Of a DNA stretch of 64,000 bases, positions 51,101-62,329 are shown in pieces (within the stretch, counting starts at the first letter, position 1; every line of letters begins with the position of its first letter). The DNA is from Dimorphilus gyrociliatus (Eukaryota > Animalia > Annelida). The stretch is taken from NCBI GenBank assembly GCA_904063045.1, contig CAJFCJ010000043.1, forward strand, positions 107,501 to 171,500, read 5' to 3'. The position numbers and the translations under genes are program-made. The notes below the pieces were generated by a model. It worked only from the letters and a program-made list of their open reading frames with translations. It had not been told where the DNA came from and made no database searches.

Positions 51101-53893
51101 GCAGAGTTGTAACTTTTGATGCAGGAACAGTTAGGTCATTTCTAATGAAAACAAACTGCAATATTGGATCAATAGTTTGTATAAAAGTATCTCTTGAAAG
51201 AATGCCTTTTGCACTGGAAGAGTATGATCCTTGGTATTTATCAAGAGTAGTAATTGTTGATAAAGCTGAGAATATTTGGTATAATTTTGACTGTGAAAGG
51301 TGGTTATCTCCTTTTCATGCAGATTGCGAAACTGAAAGAGTTCTTCTTGCAACTAGGCACACAAATCAACCTCATGTAGATCAATTGTTTAAAAGGAATA
51401 TTAAAAGAAAGTTGACTGATGATCATTTATGGATATCAGTTGGAGCTAGGAGAACAAAATCCAAATTCACAAGACTTCAACGTTTGTCAGTTTGCTTTGT
51501 TGCTCTTTTCCTGTCTATGATTGCCAGTTGTATGTTTTATAAAAATTCTGGAGAATCTAAAGCTCAAGTTGGATTGACATTTGGTCCAGTTACATTTACT
51601 GTTTATGAATTGTATGTAGGATTTGTTAGCAGTATCATTATATTCCCTGGCTTGGTTGTAATAACTCTACTATTCAATTCTAAAAGATGGAGAAAATTTA
51701 CTATTCCATTGGCATGGACAATCACTTTTCTTACAGCAGTTGCAGCTGCATTCTTCACAATATTATATTCTATCCAATGGGGTAAAGATAAATCCTTAAA
51801 GTGGTACTGTCATTCTTCCTATCTTTTATACAAAGTGTCATTCTTGTTCAGCCTGTAAAAGTCATTCTTGTTGCAGTTTTACTAACATTTTTGTTCAAAA
51901 AAGATTCAGATCTTAGTGAATATGAAGAAGAAATTGGAGATATGAAGAAGTTGGAAACAGAAGATTTATCTCACATTCCTAAAGGTAAGTGAAAAAAAGC
52001 TATTTTTTTTGTTTTTGTATTCAGATTTATAATTTTTTTTTTAATAAACAAAAAAAACAGAATTAAATATTCATCAAAGACTAAAAACAGCATCAGAAGA
52101 ATGCCATGCCTCAAAAACTGACAAACATCTTGAGAATAAAATGCATAATATGCTTAAGAATATTACTCTTCATGCAATCTATCTAATCTTTATCATCTTT
52201 ATATGCTATAGCAATCAAAATCCAATAACTTATTATCAGAATAGGTCAATTTACAAATTGATACCAAATCTTCAAAAAGTAAAAGACTATGACAATTTCT
52301 GGAAATGGCTAAAAACTGATGCTCTACCACAACTTTATCCAAAGACATATTATAATAAAATGAATCTTTCTATTTATGATCAAAAACATACAAGTGAATT
52401 GAATCATATGAGATTCTCACCTGTCAGACTCTTTCAAACCAGAGTAAAAGAACAAAAATGCAAAACTATTACAAATTTTCAAAAATTGTTTTCTAATCAT
52501 AGCTGTTTTGGATTTTATTCAGCAACTAATCGACTTGAAAAGAATTTCTCTACTCATTGGGCTGACTTTAATGTCAATGATACACACAATGCATTTATAT
52601 ATTCAGTTAAAGACCAAGGCTATTCAATTTCATTGGGTCAGAAGGCCGATAATGCCCATGAAATTCTAGATGAATTGAAAAAATATGGTTGGCTGGACCG
52701 TCAAACCCATCTGATCAAATTGGAGTTCACAATTCTAAATCAGGAGACAGTTTGCCAGGCATCTTGGAAATTTGAATTTAAAATAATAGGAGGAATAATA
52801 ATAAAGGTTCGAAGTGACTCCTTACAACTTTATAGATACACAGGAGTGGGTGGTTTAGTTTCCCTTATCTTTGAAATATGTTCTCTGTTAATATGGATTT
52901 TCTTGGTTATTCGATGTCTGTACAACTTTATCAAGCATTCAGAAATTCCTGGTTTACTCTCACTGCTCTCCTATATATGTTTCATATGGTCCATTGGTCT
53001 TTATATCTGGAGAACAATTATTGGACTAAAAGCAGTAGAGAATGTAATGAATTCCAAATATGAATATGTAGATATGTCATTATTTTTTAATGCTCATGAA
53101 TACTTTATGATATGCATTGGATTTTGTGGTTTTTTCGGTATGATTCATATATTGACCATGCTGAAAATCTCCAGAACAATTTCAGTTCTTGTAAGTACCT
53201 TATTAAAATCCAGGAAAGAATTAATGGCAATAGGAGTTTGCTGTTGTATTGTTTTTATTGGCTATGCCAGTTGCGGTTACATTATTCTTGGCACAAATAC
53301 AGAAAATTATAAAAGTTTCAAACACACATGCTTTGCATTAATTGTCACCATTTTTGGACATTTGGACTTTGAAGTATTATCTGCTACAGCAGGCTCTCTG
53401 GGTAAAGTTTATATTACATCCTATGCATCTATAATGACATATCTCATCTTGAATATTTTTATAACAACTTTAAATGAATTTTTGACTGCTGTTAAACTTG
53501 ATCCAACTGTACTACCTGAAGATCATAAAGTATTCAAATATATTATCAACCAATTTAAGAAAGTCTTTTCCAAAGATGATCAATCAGAGAAAAGGCTTAA
53601 AGAATTTGATAACACAAAATTTAAAGGTTTGTCCTTATTCTATTTTTTAAAAAATTCTTTAAATTCTGAAAATTTTTGTAGCACTACACAAAAAAATAAA
53701 TGATTTGGATCAGATTACCTCTATGTTAGAATCCTCCATAGATTTTGAATTGTTTGATATGGTAATGACTAGCTATGTTTGGCAGTCGGTAAAGCAATCT
53801 GATAAAAAAGTGGCCAGTGATCACATTGGTCAAGATAGTGAGCAGCTAGAAAACGAATTGATCAATATTTTTGCAAATGTAAGAAACAAATAA
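36176..53893 (+). CDS. Polycystin-1-like (PKD1/REJ family) receptor-channel with a multi-lectin ectodomain, ~24 exons, ~5,300 aa; no 5' exon found and two frameshifts
   Basis: Most introns are phase-consistent (one near 37415-37490 is ambiguous). Seven F5/8C-like domains (e.g. RLEIYGC, MELYGY, IELYGC), two CTL, two PAN, FReD (WFDYKNGF..FWAGN..GWWF), fucolectin (DPWWVVNL..TNRKDCC..LSLCEVE), EB, a 4.4-kb PKD-repeat/REJ exon 44060-48467, GPS, TM1 (RKLDKKD), PLAT (YEVHIHTG..AGT), FTRLQRLSVC and a channel domain. Stop at 53891-53893. Frameshifts at 50091-50094 and 51803-51804. Confidence 0.9.
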
Positions 53894-54760
53894 ATATACA
53901 ATATACAATTTGAAAACTTCACTTGACACTTTGAATATAAATTTCACTGGCTTTGTAGCAAAACTGCAATAGCAGTTGTTATATCTGGCATAGATTGTAT
54001 CAAATTACAAATAATAATTACAATATAATTTTAATAGTCTTTATATGAAATTTTGTGATTGTACAAACAACTTATTAGTTAGGCATGTAACATGTCTAAC
54101 TTGATGTGCTCAGCGAAAAGATCTCCCCTTCTAATAAATCTTTTTAAAGTAAATTATTTTGATAGAAAATTTGTAGATTTTTTGATTAAATAGGTTTGTT
54201 TAGTGAATTTTTTCTCCTGTTTTCATTTTCATTGATATTTGAATTGATAAAAAGTTTATCTGTTATGTTATTTCTATAATTGAATATGGAGATGAGACTT
54301 TAATACTGTACAACTTTGGTTATATTTTACATGCTTGAACTCTATTATTTTATGCAACATATACATGTCCATCTTAAAACCTACGCAAGAAAATGCTATA
54401 ACATTGGCCAAACATAAGTCTGATTAGTCAGCTTCAAGGCTCATCTTTAATTACCAATAAAGGTTTGGCCAAGTTATAATTTAATTAACTTGCCTAGGGT
54501 GTGGCCAAGTTATAATTCAATTAACCTTCCTAAATGTTCAACCTTGTAACATCCTGTTACTAAAGATAAATATGAACTACACATTTTGGCAACTGTAAAG
54601 TGATGATTGGATGTCAGAGACAAACCTCAAAGTATATAAATCCTCATTATTCTCATTTGGCATGCAGCTTCCATCTGGACCCAAGGACCTGGGAAAATCA
54701 TCTGGAAACAACCTCCACTGGAACCATCCATCTACTCCTCAACATTGGAAGACAGTTTGG

Positions 54761-54940
54761 TAATTTGGCAACCTGCTTTTACAAACTATCTACTCTGCTA
54801 TCGAACTCTCATATTGTTACTTGCTTAAGTATTATTATTGCGAATAAACTGTTTTAATTTAAACATTTGTTTAAAGGTTCGAGTAGAACCAGTATTGTTA
54901 TAACTTGCAAACGCATAGATTTTGCCAGCAAGAGCAGTAC
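54761..54940. repeat. Inverted partner of 27688-27867
   Basis: Reverse-complement match as described for 27688-27867. Confidence 0.9.
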
Positions 54941-54944
54941 AATA

Positions 54945-55330
54945 CCATCAGAATTCCAATCCAGATTTTTCTTATCTTCAAAATAGACGGTATGATTAGC
55001 AACTTTTATGATGTGATTATTTGTATATAAAAGAATCTGATGAATGTATTAATCATCTTTCACAATTCCATAAACAGTGATATTTTGTTAAGTTTCCTTT
55101 TAAATTTATTATATAGTCTAGAGCTCCTGGTTTCAAGCTATTTTTTGTAGAAAAAAAACAAATGAAATGATTCATTGTCTTAGTTGCAATTTAGCTCCTT
55201 TCATCCAGCATATACTTCAAGGTAAACAAAAGATCTTTCTTCTACAGCTTCAGCTGGTACCATCAGTGTAGAATAAATGGCTTATTTTTGCCTGTCTCTA
55301 GTAGACTCTTTACAAATTTATTGAGGTCCA
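54945..55330 (-). mobile_element. Possible non-LTR (LINE) reverse-transcriptase relic
   Basis: ISHLFYTDGT...LEVYAG*KELNCN resembles the (I)xHL.YADD...L..Y....GL..N region of RT. It is heavily decayed. Confidence 0.35.
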
Positions 55331-55751
55331 GTGCAAATGTACCTGTTAGCAAATATTTCCAACCCTGAAAACTTTTTGGAAAGGGACAGGTTGAAAATTT
55401 GAATGGATTAATTGTTAGAAGGGCTCCAATTTAGGGTTAGGGAATATAAACAACACAGATATTACACTCAACTTCAGAAATGTTAAGGTAGGTTTCTTCC
55501 CCCCAAATGTACATTTGAACCACCACCAAAATTTATTACAAATAGAAAATGATGAAATTTTTAATTATAATGTAAACTTTTTCTCTACTGAAATTCTTTG
55601 CCAATTTAATTTTTCAATAAACAGCAATAATTTAAATGTCTTTTTGCAGAGATAGGGTTAGGTACAAATTATGAACTTCTTCTTAAACCTTTTGACTAAT
55701 TGCTTCAATGAAAATATACCTTAAGCAAGCAGAATAACAGATCGTTTAAGG

Positions 55752-58700
55752 GGTGCAGTGACATTTCGGCCCAGGACAGTTTGGCCCACTTTTGGACATT
55801 TTGGCCCATTTGGGACATTTTGGCCCATTTTATGACTTTTTGAGTTAATTATGAATTAAATACAAGGAATAAGAAAAAGCAAATCAATTTTAAAATTAAT
55901 AAAAAATATAATAAGTAATATAATATAGTAATTCCAGATATAAAATATTTTCAGAATAATGGATACCAGTTTTCCTTATTTCTCAAGTATATTTTACATT
56001 GCTTTACAATTTCCTTTTCCTGTTTTAAGAAAAAGTAGAAACCATATTTCTTTTCTTCATTTATCATAGAAGCTTAAATAGAAATTACAACATGAATTTG
56101 AAAAACTGTTGGAAGTGTGGATTAAGATTTCATTGGACACAAAGAAAATTCAGATGCAAGTTGTGCAGACATTTTTATCATACAAAGTGTTCAAAATGTA
56201 AGTAAACTCTTTAACTTTCTCAGGTATAATGCTATATCACCTATATATTAAGATGCAGTTTATTGTCCTGATTGTCATGATGTCAGGAAACAAAAATTAT
56301 TTATTAAATTTAAGAAAATAGATAATTATTGTCAGAGTAAAATTCATCCAGAATATGATGAAACTGTTGTTAATTTATAATCATCAATGAATAATACAAG
56401 TGAAATGAATACAAATCAGGTAATTTCATTTGTTCAAAGATATTATTATTTCACCATAAATTTTAACAGTTAAGACTTTCCTTTGACTTCAATTCACCTG
56501 AATCACCAAACAATGAAAAAGAGTTGAACTTTCCTGAAGATGGACAAGACATGGCAAAGAGAGTTGATATAAGTGATGAAACTTCATTTGAGATGGATAA
56601 GCAGTATAACATCATGGAAACAGAAAGAGATGATTTCAAAATAGTTATAGGTGGAAGTACAAAAAATAAAGACTTACTTCTACACAAAAACTGTTCATAT
56701 TCTGTAAAAAGAAAAACTGAAAGTTCAATCACCTGGAGATGTACTCAGAGATATGCCAAAGCTCCTTGTCCTGCATACATATTACAAAAGGGATCAAAGT
56801 TCATTGTAAAAAATGAAAATCATCTTCATAAATTGCATAAAAACATAGAAAGTGTTCTTCAATCAAGAATGGACTTGAAAGAAATGGCAACTGGTGACAA
56901 TGGAAAAACTGGTAAAAGAATAGCAGAAGATATTATCCTTAAATTTAAAGATAGTATTGAAGACTTGCCAGAACTAGAATCATTAAGAAGAAAAGCTTCT
57001 AGATATAAAGAGAGTAAAAGACCAAAGCATCCAAGACATTTAGATTTTGAAATAAATCTGGATGAAATTCCATTTGATTTCTTATTGAGAGATATGAAAG
57101 AAAAGAAAAAGCATTGTATTATATTTGGCACAAATCATCAAATAGAATTACTGGAATGTTGTAAAATTTGGTTCATTGATGCAACTTTTAAACTTGACAG
57201 AGATCCATTTTATCAGCTGTTTTCAATTCATGGATTCTTGAAAAAACATGATGAATATCAACAGGTTCCATTGGTCTATGTTCTGATGAGTAGCAAGAAG
57301 AAAAGCTCTTATATTGCTGTATTTCAGGTTTGAGATATTTCAGTATTTTAATCACTTTTAATTTATCATTTTTCATTTGAAAATAGGAGATAAGAAAATT
57401 AATCAATGATAAAACTCCCAGAAAATGTGTGCTTGATTTTGAAAAGGCTATATGGATGGCACTTAAAGAGCAATTTCCCAATTATGACCTTCAAGGATGC
57501 TCTTTTCATTTGAAACAAGCAGTTTTGAGGAACATTCAGGTAGATTAAACAATCATATAAAGAAAATAATTAAATACTTATTTTATTAGAAACTTGGATA
57601 CATTACTGATTATAAAGAAAATGGGTACAAAGGAAAAATGTTACAAAAATTAATGTGTTTGGCATATCTGCCTTCAAATTTTATTGAACAAAAGTTTGTC
57701 CAACTAAGAGAAGAACTTTGTGAAAAGAAATTGTTTACAGATTTGCTTGAATATATAGAAGTAACATTCATTAAAAGCAGTACTTGGCCTCCTCAATTCT
57801 GGTCTGTTTATCAATTAATTGTGAGAACAAACAATCATGTTGAGGCATGGCATTCCAGACTCAACAAAAATTTGAAAATGGATGAGAACTTTTATTCTCT
57901 AATAAAAGAATTGAAAAGAGAAGCTGAATTAGTAGAGATCTTTGAAAAGTTATTGTCTGAAAAAAGTTGAGAAAAATACAGAAGAAAAAGTATAAAGATT
58001 TAGAATTTAAAATATTACAGTTGTGGAGTAAATTTGAAGAAAGAGAATTGAGTTTGGATGAATTATTGGATAGACTTGTTGATTTAAATATCTGTTAAAA
58101 TTTGTTATTTCTTGTTCTGCTTTTTAGTTATTAAACTTAACACTCCTTACTATTTGTAAATTGTTTTTTATATTAAAAAAAATAAACATAATTGTTCACA
58201 AAATAAAAATTATATTTGTCATATTTATCAATTCATAAGTACTAAACCTATCTTCAAGTGAGACACAATGCCTTTAGTATGGATGCAACAGAAAATGTCC
58301 ATGAAAGAAAACATCCATAAACCAAAAGAAAATGTCCATGAACTGAAAGAAAATGTCCATAAAGTGAAAGAAAATGTCCATAAGCTGAAAGCAAACATCC
58401 ATGAATCAAAAGAACACATAAAGTAAAGAAACTTTTTTTTAAATATAAATACATGTTGAAAAACAAATTAACACAAAACTTTAAGAAAACTGGTAGAGAT
58501 GAAGAAATCTTCAGGAAAAGAGATAAAAAATATCAACTTCCTCTTCTATTTTCACTCTCTTGAGGTAATATGAAAATTTTAATTTTTAGAGGTTTTTTTT
58601 GTTCTTATTAATCTTTGTGATTAAAAACTTTTTGATTATTTTATTAATAATCAATCTAACATAAATTTAGCAATTTTATTTGTTAATGAAGTTTTTTTTC

Positions 58701-61508
58701 AATGTTATTGTCAAAATACTAATTGTTACAAAAATAATCATAATAATGATATGACAAATTCATTTATTAATTTTAGTTTAGCTCTTCTTTTTCTCTAATA
58801 TTTTAGAAAAAATATTGAATAATGGACAAGTATTCTATTTGCAATGATAAATTTGTTGGTAGGCAAATAAAAGGCCAATGCTCATTGTGTCTGCATATTT
58901 GTCATATAAAATGTCTGCATGGTTTGTATTATCTTCTATTTGAAAAACATTTACTGTTTTTTTTTCTTCCAGATTCATCAACAGCATCACCACTCTGTTT
59001 TATTTGTTATAAAATAACTAAAAAAACCTGTTTTGTGATGTTAAAGAGAATTGATGAGCCAAAAAAATGCAGGGAAAGTGTACCAATAAAAAGTAATTCT
59101 ACTGCAAAACTTAATGAGAAGGAAGAAGCAATTATTGAATATCCAGAAAAGAATATTGAGGAGAATAACAGCATGACTGAGGAAAAATTAAAAATTGATG
59201 AGAAAGGAGACAATAATCAAGGACAAGAAAAGAGTACTGAAGAGTTCACAGAAGAATTGAGATTATCTATATCATGGAGTAGCAACAACAATAATGATGA
59301 AAGTATAAACACAAAGGTTGACAAAGGAAATATCATTAATGAAAGTGATATTGAATATGATAATGAAATTGAAGTTGAAAATTTTGAAACAATTCAAAAT
59401 GCATATATAGAATCTGAAAAAATTGAGGAAGAATCTTTTGAAAGTGAAACATCTGCCAAAGAAAATTCTTCTGACAATTTTCATTTTAAAATTCTGCCAC
59501 ATGGAAGTCAAAAAGGCAAAGACTTACTTTTTCACAAATGTTTTTCATATACTATTAAATTAAAAACAAAAACAACTACTGTATGGACTTGTTCTGTCAG
59601 AAGCAAAAAAAGAAAATGTAAAGCAAGCATCAATCAAAAAGGATGCAATTTTGCAATTGGGACAAACATTCATTGTCATTCACCAATAAAAAATTTAGCA
59701 ACCAGGATTTGTATAAGAAATGAAATCAAAGACAATTGTTCTAGTGATATAAATTCTTCAGGTAAAAGAATTGCTGAAAATGTTCTTGTCAAGTATTCTA
59801 GTGCTTCAAACTTACCAAATATAATTAATTGTAAAGAAGTGGCAAATTGGAATAGAAGGAAGAACAGGCCTATTGTACCCAATGATAAAAACTTTGAGCT
59901 GAATATGACATTCATTCCTCCTGAATTTTTAAAGAAGGATATAAATATGAATAATGAGAGGATCATTATTTTTGCAACAAATCATCAATTGGAGCTATTG
60001 TCAAAGGGGAAAATTTGGTACCTTGATGGTACTTTTAAGATTGCCAGTGAACCTTTCATTCAAATGTACTCTATTCATGTATTTTTGAAAAAAAATAGAC
60101 AGCTTAAGCAAGTTCCATTGCTTTTTTCTTTTCTGTCTTCTAAAAAAAAGAGAGCATATAAACTACTTTTCCAGGTAAGAATTACATTTCATAAATATAC
60201 TTACTAATAAGCAATCATGTTAAATTTTTAAGGCTGTGAAGGATTTAGCTGAAAATTGTGCTCCTAAGAAAATAGTCTTAGACTATGAAAAGGCTGTTTG
60301 GAAAACTTTACAAAATATATGGCCTGATGCTGTCTTGACTGGATGTTCATTTCACTGGTCTCAGGCAATATTTAGAAAAATTCAGGTTTATTAATTTCTA
60401 AAATTTTTAACAATCCAATTAATATTTGTTTTGTTTAAGGAACTCAGTTATAGCAGGAAATTTAGAAAAAAAGAGGGAGCTTGGGAATCCATGAGAATGA
60501 TTATGTCTTTGCCATATTTGCCTCATGGCATGATTGAAAATCAATTCAATAAAATTGAAAATCAACTGACAAAAGAAAATAAACTGTCTGATTTGTTGGA
60601 CTATGTGTCTAATACTTGGATAAAAAATACAGAGACTTGGTCTCTTTTTGATCAAAGCATAAGGACAAATAATGATCTGGAAGGTTATCATCAAAGGCTG
60701 AATAAAATTGTTGGAGAAAATGTTTCTTTTTATTTAGTGATTGATGATTTAAAGAGGGAAGCAGACATGATAAATCTGTACAAAAAGCTTTTAAGTGAGA
60801 GAAAGATAATTAGACTTCAAAGGAAGACTTATAGCCAAATTTAAAAAGATCTTTTCTTAATTTGGAAAAATTTTAAAACAGGTGAAATTAATGCAAACCA
60901 GCTTCTGCAGCTTTGCTAAGAATTATATTATTGAAAACAATTGACAATACCTTGATATCAAAAAACTTTACTTGAAAACACTGGTCATTTAATTGTAAAA
61001 CTTGAAAAAAGTTTGTCTTTCTTTTAAAGTTGTTTACAAATAATCAATACACAATTTATATGGTAAACCTAAAGTTGCATATATAAAAAATTTTCTATTA
61101 ACTTGTTTTTCAATATAGATTTACATTTAAATGAAATTTATTTTTATTCATGTTTTATTTTAGTTCATGGATATTTACTTTTAGTTTATAGACATTTTCT
61201 TTCACTTTATGGACGTTTTCTTTCACTCCATAAGGAAATATAATTCCTAAAATATTAAGCTAATAGAAAAAGTTAAGTGATTTTTTTCGTGAATATTTCA
61301 TTTATTAAGTATATGTTTAATATATTCTTTTACCAAAGGTTTACTTTTTCAACATATATTTATATTTATATGAAATTTATTTTAATGGATGTTTTCTTTC
61401 AGTTCATGGACATTTTCTTTCAGTTTATGGATGTTTTCTTTCATGGACATTTTCTATTGACCCCCTTTAGTATGATTACCTTAGAATGGGCCGAAATGTC
61501 CTGACCCC
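55752..61508 (+). mobile_element. FLYWCH-MULE element A (transposase ~56092-58095), interrupted near its right end by element B
   Basis: 21-bp TIRs sharing GACATTTCGGCCC. TSD CGTTTAAGG (55743-55751) / CGTTTGAGG (61509-61517). Subterminal GGACATTTTGGCCC repeats. Motifs: TWRC..CPA...H.H, WFIDATFK, LDFEKA, GCSFH, RTNNHVEAWH. Frameshift at 57960-57965 and lesions in the N-terminal exon. Confidence 0.9.
58281..61464 (+). mobile_element. FLYWCH-MULE element B nested in A, near-intact transposase (58822-~60930)
   Basis: Perfect TSD CTTTAGTAT at 58272-58280 and 61465-61473. 20-bp termini GGATGCAACAGAAAATGTCC / GGACATTTTCTATTGACCCC, with long TIRs built of 21-bp subrepeats. DGTFK, LDYEKA, GCSFHWSQ and TNNDLEGYH are present. 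Premature TAA at 60842-60844. Confidence 0.95.
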
Positions 61509-62329
61509 CGTTTGAGGAGCAGGGTTGATAGTTTTTGACACTACCTGGTCTTCTAAGTAGAATATCTAAGGGTTAGGGATAGTTGAAAAGGTTAGGTACA
61601 GCCAAGGGCTGGGTTAGGGCTATGCATATATGCATTTTCTGCTAAAAACATAATTTCTCCATATCTTCAAAATTAATTTCACTTTGAAAGAAAAATTTTT
61701 TATAAGCTTCACCAATTTCAATATTATTTTTTCCATAAAACTCCTCTATAATGAAAAATAGTATGATTAAAATTAATTTAAATAGCTAAAATCCTTAATC
61801 TCAACTTTGATTTTTACAATCAATATTAATATCTTGGATAATCATATATTTTTCAAATTTTTTGACATTAATTTGGTTTCAGATTAAATTTTTGACAAAT
61901 ATACATCCGAAAACATATATCAAGGAGGAATGTATTATCACTTGCTCTCAAATATATTGGAATAATTCCAAGAGGCTTTGATTCAGGAAATTCTTGAGAT
62001 TTTCCAAAAAAACAACTTTAATCTTATATTGAAAATTATTAAATGCCAAAAAAAAGTCAATTTGAAATCAATTATTTGTCTTGTAAAAGTGCACAATTTT
62101 CATCAGCACTTTCAAAATCTCATGCTCTTAAAATGTTGAACTTTTCAAAATTAATAGCTGTATTGATTTGGAACCTATAGTTCTCTTGTTTAGTCACCTT
62201 ATAATTTTTTAACAAGGTGGTAGTAAATTCATAATTTGTACAGTTATTGGATATTGTAGTATAGCTGAAAAAGGAATTTCCCAAAAACCTTAGGATAGGA
62301 TTAGCTTCTCTGATTAGGATATAAAGGTT

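Noticed and set aside
27688-54940. A 27-kb composite transposon bounded by the 180-bp inverted repeats and carrying the polycystin gene
   Set aside because: There is no target-site duplication outside the pair (tatgctgct versus aataccatc) and the termini are not transposon-like. Two dispersed copies in opposite orientation is the simpler explanation.
43026-60694. Antisense ORFs overlapping long exons (e.g. 43026-43283, 47511-47849, 49745-50017, 56859-57131, 59676-59966)
   Set aside because: These are shadow ORFs of strongly biased coding sequence, with no motifs or splice support.
2670-61620. Scattered TTAGGG/CCCTAA motifs as interstitial telomeres or chromosome-healing sites
   Set aside because: There are only 1-3 imperfect units at each site, and several lie inside a recurring MITE internal sequence.
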